A stretch of DNA of 64,000 bases from a virus. The position numbers and the translations under genes are program-made. The stretch is taken from the IMG/VR virus record IMGVR_UViG_3300028883_000033, positions 83,645 to 147,644 of that record; one strand, given 5' to 3'. Below the pieces are notes generated by a model that did no database searches, was not told the DNA's origin, and worked only from the letters and a program-made list of their open reading frames with translations. Shown piece by piece: positions 29,622 to 39,694 of the stretch (positions are counted from its first letter, which is position 1; each line of letters opens with the position of its first letter).

Positions 29622-30285
29622 GTTCCATACTCTCCCATCGCGTTCTTGCAATTTCTATCAAGCGGTGCCAATGCATTGGCTTATATTCGATAACCTCTAC
29701 GCTAACATTTATGTGTCGTAGGCTGTTGGTGTCATACGCGTTGTGGATGTGTCCATGAACATTAATCCAATCAGCTGGGCAGGTTTCGAACGGGAAGTGC
29801 GTAAACACCAAAGGTGGGCTCAACCCAGGGAGTGCGTAGATTAGATGTTTTTCCTTGAAGTGAAGATTCTTAACTTTACCTTTATTGATATCGTGGTTGC
29901 CAATAATAAGGATTCTATCGCCGTTGAGATTAGCAAGGATTTCATTTGCCCGCTGATCCCCCATAAACGCAACGTCGCCAACCCATATGACAAGATCATC
30001 ATCTCCAACCGTTTCGTTGTGATTTGTAATCAGTTGTTGAGACATATCATCTAAATCGCAGAAAGGACGGTTGCAGTACTTGATGATATTTTTGTGTCCG
30101 AAGTGAGTATCACTCCACACCCAAATATTTTCATATTGAGGAGTGTGGTCAGCTTCCATTAGAGGAATTTGTTCGTAATGTGATACCTTTCGTACGCGCG
30201 GTCGCTTAGTCTTTCCACCATCATAAGAAACAAGTTTCTTTAGATCGTCTATGTATAACTGACGTAAATGTTCAATCTCGTTCAT
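29611..30285 (-). CDS. calcineurin-like metallophosphoesterase
   Basis: SDTHFGH, VGDV, IGNHD, THFP, VHGHIH motifs. Confidence 0.92.
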   Translation of the reverse strand: MNEIEHLRQLYIDDLKKLVSYDGGKTKRPRVRKVSHYEQIPLMEADHTPQYENIWVWSDTHFGHKNIIKYCNRPFCDLDDMSQQLITNHNETVGDDDLVIWVGDVAFMGDQRANEILANLNGDRILIIGNHDINKGKVKNLHFKEKHLIYALPGLSPPLVFTHFPFETCPADWINVHGHIHNAYDTNSLRHINVSVEVIEYKPMHWHRLIEIARTRWESMEHVS

Positions 30286-30287
30286 TG

Positions 30288-30995
30288 TTATGACCAATAA
30301 GTGTATATCATTGGTTGAAGCTGCCATATTGTTTTTTCGTCAGTGAACATTTCCGTATACCGGAAGAACTCAACCAAAACTTCGGGGATGACAACGTTGT
30401 ATTTCTCAGTCCAGTGCAATTCGCACCCAAGTTTTTCTAAGGCCACTAATTGCAAATCAAATTTATCTTCCCCGGCTGCGTTTCGGTACAAGTAAATTAA
30501 CTGTTCGATTGTCCGATCAGCACGTTCGCCAGTTTCGTTGTTAATGTACCCATCGTAAGGGTATAACGGAACGTCGAGAACCTTCACTGAAGGCTCAATA
30601 CCAATCCCAGCGTCATAGTAGTCGATGGTATCGTCGTATCGAGTCCACCTATTATCCGTGAATGGGGTAAAAGTTACAACATCCGGCAGCCCGCCTTCGT
30701 TTTCATATGATACGCAGTAGTGAATGTCTCTGAAGTGGCTCTCTTCGAAATCTCTTTGGAGCATTAATGCTAACGCGAAATGTTCGTATGGATCACTTTC
30801 ATCGACTAATCGTTGGCAGTGTTGTTTAAACCCTTCTGTCGTCCAACGGTCTTCCCTCTCGGACCAGTCTGTGTGCCACCAACCATTGGGATTAAAGCGA
30901 GGGTCGTCAACTTCTCTTGTTCCGTACTTGTCGACCTCTTTGGTTTTTAGGTCAACTAACCCATACCCAAGAACTTTATGAATTCGGATTCCCAT
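30288..30995 (-). CDS. hypothetical protein
   Basis: 235-aa ORF on the coding strand. Confidence 0.75.
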   Translation of the reverse strand: MGIRIHKVLGYGLVDLKTKEVDKYGTREVDDPRFNPNGWWHTDWSEREDRWTTEGFKQHCQRLVDESDPYEHFALALMLQRDFEESHFRDIHYCVSYENEGGLPDVVTFTPFTDNRWTRYDDTIDYYDAGIGIEPSVKVLDVPLYPYDGYINNETGERADRTIEQLIYLYRNAAGEDKFDLQLVALEKLGCELHWTEKYNVVIPEVLVEFFRYTEMFTDEKTIWQLQPMIYTYWS

Positions 30996-31161
30996 CTTTT
31001 TCTTTTAGCCTCTTTTCCAGTTGTCGAATTCTCCAATACATCCACACTGCACAACTACGGTCGTGGAAATGGGGGTCGGGTGTTTTTGTCAAACAAGTAC
31101 AGCCGCCGACGGGGTATTCGGGATCCTCATCTGGTAAATCTTCGTAGTCAATTTTCTTCAT
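30976..31161 (-). CDS. small Cys/His-containing hypothetical protein
   Basis: CTC...H...C pattern; start at ATG 31161. Confidence 0.55.
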   Translation of the reverse strand: MKKIDYEDLPDEDPEYPVGGCTCLTKTPDPHFHDRSCAVWMYWRIRQLEKRLKEKDGNPNS

Positions 31162-33031
31162 TTGTTTGTAGCCACTCTTTTCTGGCATCGGAATCGTTGC
31201 TAAACAACAACTTCAACGTATCTTGCATTTTACCATCATCGGTAATTGGTATCAAGGTATTAGTTTCGCCTGAAAGAATCATCTCCCAGTCTTTCTGGAC
31301 CATACTGCCAAGACCCTTATAGTAGCTTATCGACCAGCCCTTGTGTTTAGATTTTGCTTGTTCGAATTCATTCCGTGTTGGGAAGTGAATCCTTTTATCT
31401 CCTTTCACTGCACATACGTTTGGTGCTACCAACCGATAGACGAAAGGATCGTAGTTGGGGTCGAATAGTTCAGGCCAATACGTGTAGAATAGATTAACAA
31501 GAAGGGTAAAGATATCACCACCGTCTACATCAGCATCTGTGGCGATGACGACCCGCCCATAGTTCAACTCACTCCTCAATGCTCGCTGGCCAGGAACCAA
31601 ACCAATGGCAGTAATCAGGTCAGTAACCTTACCCATCTTCAATAGCTGTGCTACAGTAGACCCATATACGTTATTAATCTTACCTGTTAAAGGGTAGGAT
31701 GCGTGTATCCTAGGATCTCTCGCTTGGGTAATCATACTGGCCGCAGAAAGCCCTTCCGTAACCAACAATTGAGTTTCCCACCGGTTCTTGCTTGTAGCAT
31801 CAATCAAACCTGGAACTTTTTTCTTGAGGTTCTTTTGGTGTTCTTTAACGGCTTTCTTGTTGGCGTTAGCGTGGTACCGAACCATCGCCCGTTCGAGAAC
31901 GGTTGATAGCCAGTCCTTATTCTTGCGCATAAAGGATGCCCACTGAGCATCAATCATGTCACTAACTTCTTTGCGTAAGTTAGGACCCGTTAGTCGCGTT
32001 TTCGATTGTGCGTCGTATTGAGGGTCCGACAACCGAAGATTTCCGATGACCAGTAAGTGGTTACGGACATCGTTCTTGGTAACTTCGCATTTTGCTTTTT
32101 TTGCTTCTCTTGAGAGCTGGTTGATTGTTCTGTCGTAGAACGCATTAAGAAATTGCGTGTTACATAATCCACCATCGAAGAGAAGCGAGCTGTTAACCCA
32201 CGAATATACTTGTTCATCCAATCCCTCGTTTACGTCGAACACGACGTAGAATTCCATTCCATCTGCTTCGAACTTGAAATAGTCCTTTGAAATCTTTTTG
32301 ATAATTTCCTCGAAGCCCTTTCGGTACTTATATCGTTTGCCGTTGTATTCGGCTGTAACGCCTGGGTTGGTTAGAGCGATTTCGATCGCCCTATTTTCCA
32401 TCAACTGCTCTGGTAGTGTAATATCGTCAAATACCTCAGGGTCGAGCTGAAACTCGATCGTGGTACCAGACTTTGCGCTTCCTTTGCGAATTGAGGGCTT
32501 GGTGACGTGATTCGCTCCGTTGCTAAACGTTTGGCGGTACCGCTTATTGTCGCGATGAATGTCAATCTTGAATTCAGTGCTACAGAAATTAACACAAGCG
32601 GATCCGACGCCATTCTGACCAATAACTCCAGCCTCTTTATCATCGTCAAAGTTGCGGCCAGAACGCAATTGACCAAATACTACTTCTGGTGTGTGTGGTC
32701 CAGTTTCGTGCTTGCTAATTGGAACACCTCGACCATTGTCAGAAATTGTGTACATCCCAAGAACTGGATGAGCATCGATCGTAATGTGTTTGCCAGCTAG
32801 AGACGTCTGAGCGAATTCATCCAAGCAGTTATCAATGATTTCGCCGACCGCTTTATACACGGCAGGAATGAATGTGATGTTTTGAACAGAAAACGTGTTG
32901 TTGAGAAACGACGGGACGGAGTAAGTCGTCTCTTTCATATTCCCAAGATAAATTTGTGTCCGCAATCTGACGTGATCGCGATCCGACAACACCTTAATGT
33001 CGTCTGCGGTATAGTTATTTTTGCGAGCCAT
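31148..33031 (-). CDS. type II DNA topoisomerase large subunit (gp39+60/GyrB-like)
   Basis: GHKL EIIDNCLDE, DNGRGVP, GQNGVG; TOPRIM TEGLSA, TDADVDG, YYKGLG. Confidence 0.96.
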   Translation of the reverse strand: MARKNNYTADDIKVLSDRDHVRLRTQIYLGNMKETTYSVPSFLNNTFSVQNITFIPAVYKAVGEIIDNCLDEFAQTSLAGKHITIDAHPVLGMYTISDNGRGVPISKHETGPHTPEVVFGQLRSGRNFDDDKEAGVIGQNGVGSACVNFCSTEFKIDIHRDNKRYRQTFSNGANHVTKPSIRKGSAKSGTTIEFQLDPEVFDDITLPEQLMENRAIEIALTNPGVTAEYNGKRYKYRKGFEEIIKKISKDYFKFEADGMEFYVVFDVNEGLDEQVYSWVNSSLLFDGGLCNTQFLNAFYDRTINQLSREAKKAKCEVTKNDVRNHLLVIGNLRLSDPQYDAQSKTRLTGPNLRKEVSDMIDAQWASFMRKNKDWLSTVLERAMVRYHANANKKAVKEHQKNLKKKVPGLIDATSKNRWETQLLVTEGLSAASMITQARDPRIHASYPLTGKINNVYGSTVAQLLKMGKVTDLITAIGLVPGQRALRSELNYGRVVIATDADVDGGDIFTLLVNLFYTYWPELFDPNYDPFVYRLVAPNVCAVKGDKRIHFPTRNEFEQAKSKHKGWSISYYKGLGSMVQKDWEMILSGETNTLIPITDDGKMQDTLKLLFSNDSDARKEWLQTNEEN

Positions 33032-33034
33032 GTA

Positions 33035-33457
33035 TTAGTCGTCTATGTATTCTGATAATGGTAGGTTTAGTTCACGCTTTATTAGTGGTGCCCATTCATA
33101 AAAATTTTGTCCGTGTGACATTCTTCGGTGATACACCCATTCATATTGATGAACCATCTCATGAACCAAGACGGTAATAAACTGTTTTCGATCTTCCAAC
33201 TGTCGCCGGACACCCATGATAACATCATCAGTTCGAAGGACTGGCGATGTCCATCCGTATGAACCATCACGAAAGTTTCTGCACACAATATCTTTCGGTG
33301 GGTAGAGTATACCTCTGAAAACTGCGTGGTTCAACTGATACCACCAATGCAGTACGAACGTAGGGGTGACGTCGAGAAGTTCTTCCCCCCGTTTCTTGAG
33401 GTGTGATTTAATGCGTTTCCTGGCCGCTATTGTTTTTGTTGTGGCCTCGTTCGTCAC
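33035..33457 (-). CDS. SprT-like zinc metalloprotease
   Basis: LVHEMVH...SHGQNF. Confidence 0.85.
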   Translation of the reverse strand: MTNEATTKTIAARKRIKSHLKKRGEELLDVTPTFVLHWWYQLNHAVFRGILYPPKDIVCRNFRDGSYGWTSPVLRTDDVIMGVRRQLEDRKQFITVLVHEMVHQYEWVYHRRMSHGQNFYEWAPLIKRELNLPLSEYIDD

Positions 33458-34482
33458 TCTTTGCAGTATATCCTAGCGTTCAGCTCAGCCTCAAACCCCG
33501 AAGCTGTGTGTTGAGCAAGTGTCTGCATTACATACAACTTGCCATACTTTTGGACTGCCGCGCTAACATCTTTACAATCACCGAAGTCTGGTGTGCTTAT
33601 ACTCCAGCCGGCATCGATAGCCTGTTTCGCTGCACGGAATCCATCTCCGAATTGGTCTGGGATGTACACTTTCTTGCGCCTGGAACGATTTAACCATTTG
33701 ATTTTCGTAGAAGAAAATTCGTTTCCGAATATTGCAACTCCATCTATAACGAAAGCATCAAACCAGCCCTCTACTATGTATAGGGGGAGGTCATTATTTT
33801 CAAAAAGTTTGTCAAACCCATAAATGACGCGATCTCGACTAACTGCCGGACTTTCGTACTTTTTCAGTGCTTTTCCAGTTAAATCTCGACCAGTGTAAAA
33901 GATCACCTTATTGTCTTTGTAAATTGGGATAATTACACGTCCAAACCATTTCTTTAAGTGTGGGATGTCTGTCTTTTTGGACAGCATAAAGGGGTAACTG
34001 CTGGGATCTATCTCCCGGTCTTCGAGGTAGTATCGAGCAATCATCGCCCACTTATCATCTTCGGTGGCTTCAGTAAGTGGGTAAAATGTATCAGGAAGTG
34101 GGACTTCCATGGGCTCGATTGACGTTTGGACTTCGCTAGCTTTTGCCGGTACAACTCCACTATCACGGTTCTTTAGCGCAGACCACAGCACTTGTTGCCA
34201 TTCATCTTCGGGAATATTGAAATCCGCCATCACCTGCTGCATGTTGTTTGACATCAACGGCTGCCCTTCTCGTCCTATGTGATTAGGATCATAAACAGCT
34301 TTGAGGGGGCAGTTGAAACAGTGGAATGCGACTTTATCGCCATCAAACTTGAATGCTGCTCGAGGGCCTTTCTTTCCATGATCGCAAGCAGTATGGAGCA
34401 CAGGATACCATCCAGTGCCTGAAGGCATAGACGGTAGATGAACATATTGGCGAATTAGTTGTTCTAGGGTTACAGAGTCCAT
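33454..34482 (-). CDS. DNA primase (gp61-like)
   Basis: Zn-ribbon H..C / FHCFNC, RVIIPI, TGRD, VEGWFDA, PD, KDVS. Confidence 0.92.
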   Translation of the reverse strand: MDSVTLEQLIRQYVHLPSMPSGTGWYPVLHTACDHGKKGPRAAFKFDGDKVAFHCFNCPLKAVYDPNHIGREGQPLMSNNMQQVMADFNIPEDEWQQVLWSALKNRDSGVVPAKASEVQTSIEPMEVPLPDTFYPLTEATEDDKWAMIARYYLEDREIDPSSYPFMLSKKTDIPHLKKWFGRVIIPIYKDNKVIFYTGRDLTGKALKKYESPAVSRDRVIYGFDKLFENNDLPLYIVEGWFDAFVIDGVAIFGNEFSSTKIKWLNRSRRKKVYIPDQFGDGFRAAKQAIDAGWSISTPDFGDCKDVSAAVQKYGKLYVMQTLAQHTASGFEAELNARIYCKE

Positions 34483-34488
34483 CCGGTA

Positions 34489-34517
34489 ATTATACCGAAC
34501 GCAGAAAAGACAATCAA
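34489..34517 (-). promoter_or_regulatory. sigma70-like promoter of primase
   Basis: TTGATT-N17-TATAAT, 6 nt before the ATG. Confidence 0.65.
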
Positions 34518-34615
34518 CTCACTCCCAACTATCATCCATAAACCGGTAAATCCACATATAACGATTTTTTGTACCCTTCATTTAGTACAATGTTTTTATT
34601 ATTTGCATTTATCTA

Positions 34616-34963
34616 TCAACTTGGCCAATTGACGTCGGTTGAAGGGTCGTAAGCCTCGACCTGTGCAATTGGTACAGTCTGTACCTGATTGATCTTGTTT
34701 TTTGCATAAAGGTAAATGTCTTTTACCAGTGTGCCAGTTGCTGTTGGCGTAAATAACGGAAAGATCATTTTCAACATCTTCACCTCCTCAAAGGTATCTA
34801 CGTCTGGTAATACTGCTTGAATGCGTGTTAACGCATTAACCTTTATCTCTAATTTCTTTTCAGCACGGATACTTTCTTCCATGTCCGCTGCTATTTGAGC
34901 TAACTCCTCTGCTGTTTCTTCTACGAGTGTACTAGAGCCATCTTCATTAATTATTTGTTTCAT
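34616..34963 (-). CDS. putative tail fibre assembly/chaperone protein
   Basis: Directly downstream of the fibre gene; ETAEELAQI N-terminus and WP C-terminus. Confidence 0.55.
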   Translation of the reverse strand: MKQIINEDGSSTLVEETAEELAQIAADMEESIRAEKKLEIKVNALTRIQAVLPDVDTFEEVKMLKMIFPLFTPTATGTLVKDIYLYAKNKINQVQTVPIAQVEAYDPSTDVNWPS

Positions 34964-34974
34964 ACCATATTCTC

Positions 34975-37900
34975 CTATATTCCTGCTGTTTTAATGCCAT
35001 ATAAATAGTAATTTCCACTCACAAAATTGCCGCTACTCCATAGTAATTGGCAACCATCAACCTTACCATTTTGTGGTGAAGCTATACGTTTTCCCCACAT
35101 ATGGGTAGCTGCTTGGGCGCTATTGAAGGCGGTCTCGTAAGAACTATACGACCACCATGTTGATGATATACCATTTACATCAGCAGCATGGCAATGTATA
35201 ACCGCATTGGTTCTGTCACCTGTATCTGTGCCTGCCCCAGTAGTTATCTGGAACGCGGTCTGGTTTGTGGAGTAAGTTGGTGCTGTCGCTACACTCTGTT
35301 CAGTATAGTCGTAAGTGGAAAGTGTTTTCACAGTACCGTTCTCTCGCGTTCTTAACAGCAACTTAGCATTATTGGATGATGGGTGTGCATTGATTATTAC
35401 GATCTTTAGCTCTGTGTAATCAGATGGGAAGGGGATAGTAATTGAAGATACTGCTCCTATCGCACCACTAGATATTACCTCCCATGCACCACCGCCACCA
35501 GATGATACTGCATCATCAACATATTTCTTATTAGGGATGTCGTCATCATCAGTAACAAGTGTTTCATAGTCAGTTGTACCTGAAACATTTAATGTTCCAT
35601 TATCCTCAATTATTAACGCTGTAGTTAAACTGCTACTAGTTTTAAAATGCAACTGTCCTTGAGTAGAACTTGCACCACGATAACTTGTGATTTCTGCCAT
35701 AGAGTTGCCAGCAAGATCACGGAAGCGAATTGCAGCTTTATCAGAACTGTTTGCATTGTTAGCACCATAAAGGTCTAACTCTCTTGCAGGACTTGCAATA
35801 GCACCTATAGCACACCTACTAGCAACGGCTATTTGCTGCGAACTATTAATTACTAATGCTTCGGTTTTAGTACCTGTTCCAGTATAGAAGGTTGCATTGC
35901 CAGCCGATTCATCCCACTTAAAGAAGACATCAGCACCATTTCTCAACAGTAGATCGCCACCATTAGTGTGTGATGCACCATACGCAACCATATTCGCACC
36001 AGCTGCAGAACCACTTCCACCTGACAGTACTATTGCCGCATCACCATCTCTATGTACTATAGAAAAGGTTCCACCATTACCAACATCCAATATGCTACCA
36101 GATAACTCAAACATAGGAGTCTTAGCAGCAGTACCAGTAGATATAGTTAAGGAGCCAGCTGACTCATCCCATTCAAAGAAAGGATTGTTGTTAGCTTGCA
36201 GTATGACATCATTCGCCAGCGTAGCGTGGGTGCTACCATACATGATAAGGCTTGATGAGTTTGCTGAACTTCCTCCACTTCGAATAGTAAGAGACCCATC
36301 ATTGACATACTTGTTGATGACAGTTCCACTTGCAGCGGTTAGCCCACCGACCGAGATAATGTTATCAACAACCTGTATCATTTCAAAAGTAGCATTATCA
36401 TCTATACCAATTGAAGTGAATGTTCCTGTTGATAACGAAGTGGTTACCAAATCAGGATTAACTCTCAACCCAGCAGTTGAATTTTGCAATAATGTGCTAT
36501 CAGTTTTAATATACAACTTAGCGTCTGTTCCGGTACTTGATGCGGAACCGTTTTCAGTTAATATCAAACCACCATTAGTTGCATCATATAAATCAATTCC
36601 AATCTCATCGCTCGGAAGTTCTTTAATACCGGCGCCAAGATTTGCGTTGATCGTCTCGCCGCTAATTTCTAAACCAACACCTGCTGTGATTGTACCAGGA
36701 CCAGAAATAATTACCCATACGTCAGTATCATTGTGATACAAGTACGACTGACCGAAATGAGAACAATCAGAGTTGTTACATAATACTGTAATACCGTCAC
36801 GGATTTCTGGTTCCGCTGTACCGCCTGTAGAAACAACAGTTGCCTCTTCGACAGTAACAGTTGCACCTGAAACGTTGGAAATAGTATACACACCGTTGCC
36901 AGCAGAACCACCAGCATATGTGAAAGTATTACCGACTTTCATCGAACGTGACTGATCTGCAGCCATCGTAAAGTTGCTCGATGCATCGACAGAAGTTACA
37001 GCAAATGTAACTCCACCGGCACGACCGTGTGGGAAATCCCAGTTTGCAATCTGTCTTGGATCAGCACTAGTAGCACCAACGTAAACAGCAATGTCATCTT
37101 TGACCATACCAGAAGGAAGGGTTCCTTCGTTGTCTACAGATGCAACGTTGAACCCAACGCCAATGCGTGTTTCGACGCCATCAATGTTACCATCAACTTC
37201 CCAGTGATAACCACCAGCACCGTCTGATGTCCAGTGAACCATGTCATATTCATTAACTGATACACCACCAGTCCATGTTTGTGAATATGTACCACCATAA
37301 GCAATGTACATACCAGAAACGATAGGAGTTGATGGTTCTGATGAAACGATATCAACTAAATCAGGCTGTGCAACAGGATCTTGCCATACCACACTACTTG
37401 AAACTAATGCATCAACATATGCTTTTGACGTTGCAGATGTAGCTCCTGAAGGAGTTGTAGGAAGACCGCTTACTTCACCACCACCTGTAAAGATCAAATT
37501 TGCGGCTGAATTCATAGTATCGCCAGCCTTCTCGACCCATACGTCACCAGCACCACCTGCTTCTAACCCAGCGAGTTTTGTTTCCTCGGCAGATGTATAT
37601 GATGCTGTAGTGTTTTGAAGAATCGTTGAGAATGCTTGGATTGTAGATCCGATATCAGCATCTTTGAGAATTGTGGCATCAGCTGGCTCGTAGTTGCTTG
37701 CAGCCGCTGCAATACCATTATCCACATATTGTTTGGTTGCAGCATCGTTGTTTGATGCGGGGGCGGCAAGACCTGTGATTGATTCGCCGTTCATATTGAA
37801 ACCGACCTGAACCTGGATTGGATTCGCGTCGGATGATGTCAGGTTATTTCCCGCTTGCAGTGAAAGAGTACCCTTCATTTGAATGATACCTGTTCCATCT

Positions 37901-38247
37901 GGCAAGAATTCAATATCTCCAGACCCTTGTGATTTTACCTGGATATTCTGATCATCATCCGCAGATAGTACGATCGTTCCAGAACTCTCTTCGATAACCT
38001 TCTGGCCATTAACATATAACGATCCTGGGCCGATGAACACGTCCTGCCACATATGAGTAGCAGATCCTAGAGATCTGGTGTTATCAACATCAGGGATGAT
38101 GTCCTGGCTTACCGCTGACAGATCCAACGCGTTGCTGATATCTGATATTGTTGTTTTGTAGGTAGTGCCGCCCTGGACTATTACAAGTTCTTCTGTTCCT
38201 GAAAGGGTACCGGCAGCCGGCAGCTCACTAATTTTTTTAGATGCCAT
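34975..38247 (-). CDS. tail fibre / receptor-binding protein
   Basis: KKISELPAA anchor, LGSATHMW, DAATKQYVD, DDDIPNKKYVD, G/S/T-rich beta repeats. Confidence 0.88.
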   Translation of the reverse strand: MASKKISELPAAGTLSGTEELVIVQGGTTYKTTISDISNALDLSAVSQDIIPDVDNTRSLGSATHMWQDVFIGPGSLYVNGQKVIEESSGTIVLSADDDQNIQVKSQGSGDIEFLPDGTGIIQMKGTLSLQAGNNLTSSDANPIQVQVGFNMNGESITGLAAPASNNDAATKQYVDNGIAAAASNYEPADATILKDADIGSTIQAFSTILQNTTASYTSAEETKLAGLEAGGAGDVWVEKAGDTMNSAANLIFTGGGEVSGLPTTPSGATSATSKAYVDALVSSSVVWQDPVAQPDLVDIVSSEPSTPIVSGMYIAYGGTYSQTWTGGVSVNEYDMVHWTSDGAGGYHWEVDGNIDGVETRIGVGFNVASVDNEGTLPSGMVKDDIAVYVGATSADPRQIANWDFPHGRAGGVTFAVTSVDASSNFTMAADQSRSMKVGNTFTYAGGSAGNGVYTISNVSGATVTVEEATVVSTGGTAEPEIRDGITVLCNNSDCSHFGQSYLYHNDTDVWVIISGPGTITAGVGLEISGETINANLGAGIKELPSDEIGIDLYDATNGGLILTENGSASSTGTDAKLYIKTDSTLLQNSTAGLRVNPDLVTTSLSTGTFTSIGIDDNATFEMIQVVDNIISVGGLTAASGTVINKYVNDGSLTIRSGGSSANSSSLIMYGSTHATLANDVILQANNNPFFEWDESAGSLTISTGTAAKTPMFELSGSILDVGNGGTFSIVHRDGDAAIVLSGGSGSAAGANMVAYGASHTNGGDLLLRNGADVFFKWDESAGNATFYTGTGTKTEALVINSSQQIAVASRCAIGAIASPARELDLYGANNANSSDKAAIRFRDLAGNSMAEITSYRGASSTQGQLHFKTSSSLTTALIIEDNGTLNVSGTTDYETLVTDDDDIPNKKYVDDAVSSGGGGAWEVISSGAIGAVSSITIPFPSDYTELKIVIINAHPSSNNAKLLLRTRENGTVKTLSTYDYTEQSVATAPTYSTNQTAFQITTGAGTDTGDRTNAVIHCHAADVNGISSTWWSYSSYETAFNSAQAATHMWGKRIASPQNGKVDGCQLLWSSGNFVSGNYYLYGIKTAGI

Positions 38248-38262
38248 GTGAAAGTTCCTGAA

Positions 38263-38367
38263 TTAATAGATTAAAAGATCACCGGATTCTGTCGTTAACA
38301 TGAAACCGTCTTCGGTTAGCAGAATGAGCTCACCGTATCCCTGCTTATATTGAAAAATTAAAAACAT
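38263..38367 (-). CDS. 34-aa peptide with LLTEDG..LTTESG motif
   Basis: Manual translation MFLIFQYKQGYGELILLTEDGFMLTTESGDLLIY; GGAG SD and TAAATA at 38397-38402. Confidence 0.6.
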   Translation of the reverse strand: MFLIFQYKQGYGELILLTEDGFMLTTESGDLLIY

Positions 38368-38497
38368 TATAAATGCTCCAAACGAATAGTTTAGGGTATT
38401 TATTGTATGTTAAATTGTGGTCGGTAATATACGTTAAACGCGTGTTAAATCTCGTAAAATACTGCTGCTACTTGAACTTGTGCGGCACTTAGCACAA

Positions 38498-39163
38498 TTA
38501 TACCTTTCTGCTGCTGCTTTTTTTCTTAGCAACTCGTTTTTTGCGTGGTGTTTTTGGTTTGTGATCGACGCCTTCAGCAGCTGCTTTTTCTTCAGCTTCC
38601 TGTTCCGCTATCATGATCTCAACCATATTAACAAGCCTTTCGCGGATTTCTGGGGGATGCATATAAACATCCGCTCCAGCAATCACCCTATCAACTTCCT
38701 CTTCGGAAAGGAATGGGATGTACATTCGATGCATAAAATCACGCGACCATGTTGTTGCAGATTCAAGTGCAGCGATTTGCTCATGTCCCTTTCCAAACAC
38801 CCCACCGGAATAGTTGTGGATCATCATTGAACTATTGTCATGGACAATAAATTCATCTGCAGCAAGGAAAATAAAAGTTCCCATCGACGACACCTCGCCT
38901 TCGATTGAGGCGATGACGTGAGCGTTGGACGACTTCATTGCGTTTATGATTTGAATTCCGGCGTCCATATACCCACCAACGGTGTTCAAATGCATAAAAA
39001 TTACATCATCAGGTCCAGCAGTTTGGATCCTGAAAACCATGTCCGTATACTTCAGAGCTTCTTCGATTAAACTGCTGACGTAGAAGTGGTGAACGGTTCG
39101 AACAATCTGTTGTTGCTTGTATGCGTAAGGTAAGTATTCCAGCTCGTCGTCTTTTTCTGCCAT
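38498..39163 (-). CDS. ClpP-like serine protease
   Basis: LNTVGG, VSSMG (Ser), MMIHN (His), DVYM (Asp); basic C-terminal tail. Confidence 0.85.
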   Translation of the reverse strand: MAEKDDELEYLPYAYKQQQIVRTVHHFYVSSLIEEALKYTDMVFRIQTAGPDDVIFMHLNTVGGYMDAGIQIINAMKSSNAHVIASIEGEVSSMGTFIFLAADEFIVHDNSSMMIHNYSGGVFGKGHEQIAALESATTWSRDFMHRMYIPFLSEEEVDRVIAGADVYMHPPEIRERLVNMVEIMIAEQEAEEKAAAEGVDHKPKTPRKKRVAKKKSSSRKV

Positions 39164-39167
39164 GTGA

Positions 39168-39308
39168 TTATTCTTCTGTGTTGGTTTTGCCTGTGAAGGC
39201 TTTCCACTTATTTACGATCCAATCTTGTACCCATTTTGCATAGAAAGGTTGAGGGAAATTCCATCCAATAAAGGCGCCAACTGCAATCCAGAATAGTGTG
39301 TCTAACAT
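39168..39308 (-). CDS. small membrane protein
   Basis: MLDTLFWIAVGAFIGWNFPQP; AGGAG SD; TAAATA at 39338-39343. Confidence 0.7.
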   Translation of the reverse strand: MLDTLFWIAVGAFIGWNFPQPFYAKWVQDWIVNKWKAFTGKTNTEE

Positions 39309-39351
39309 TATCATTCTCCTGTGTTGATTGTGTGTATTATTTATGGAAAAC

Positions 39352-39378
39352 AAAAGAGGCGCCGAAGCGCCTCTTTTT
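39352..39378 (-). terminator. rho-independent terminator after tmRNA
   Basis: AGAGGCGC-TTCG-GCGCCTCT stem flanked by A/T runs. Confidence 0.85.
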
Positions 39379-39379
39379 A

Positions 39380-39688
39380 CGGTTTGTTAACAAGGCCTAT
39401 TTGCCCCGTACGCGACTGTTTCTTAGGCAGCCATTGCGTAGTCGTAGTAATCGTCGTTTGCGTTTACTTTAATTTGTGCTGATTACGTCAGTCACCTGTC
39501 GATCATCTCGTCTCATCTTCGCCCGCCCCGTCGAAACTGGTTCGGGCCCATCAAAAGTCCTCTCGGCGGTATAAGGAAATGAAATGCTCACATTTCCCCA
39601 GTGTCCGGAGCATCGGAGTAGGACTTTTGGTGGACCCGGCCGGCACTGCCCCGGCGTCCGCAACGTCTCCAACTTGAGTCATCAACGA
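39380..39688 (-). ncRNA. ssrA: two-piece (circularly permuted) tmRNA
   Basis: Acceptor piece ending CGGGTCC-A-CCA (39638-39628) precedes the coding piece starting GGGCCCG (39549); G3:U70 pair; tag ANDDYYDYAMAA* at 39461-39423. Outer ends approximate. Confidence 0.93.
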
Positions 39689-39694
39689 TAGTGT

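Noticed and set aside
29427-31161. Genes between the two topoisomerase subunits as a mobile insertion
   Set aside because: No integrase, terminal repeats or target duplication; separated topoisomerase subunit genes are normal in T4-like phages.
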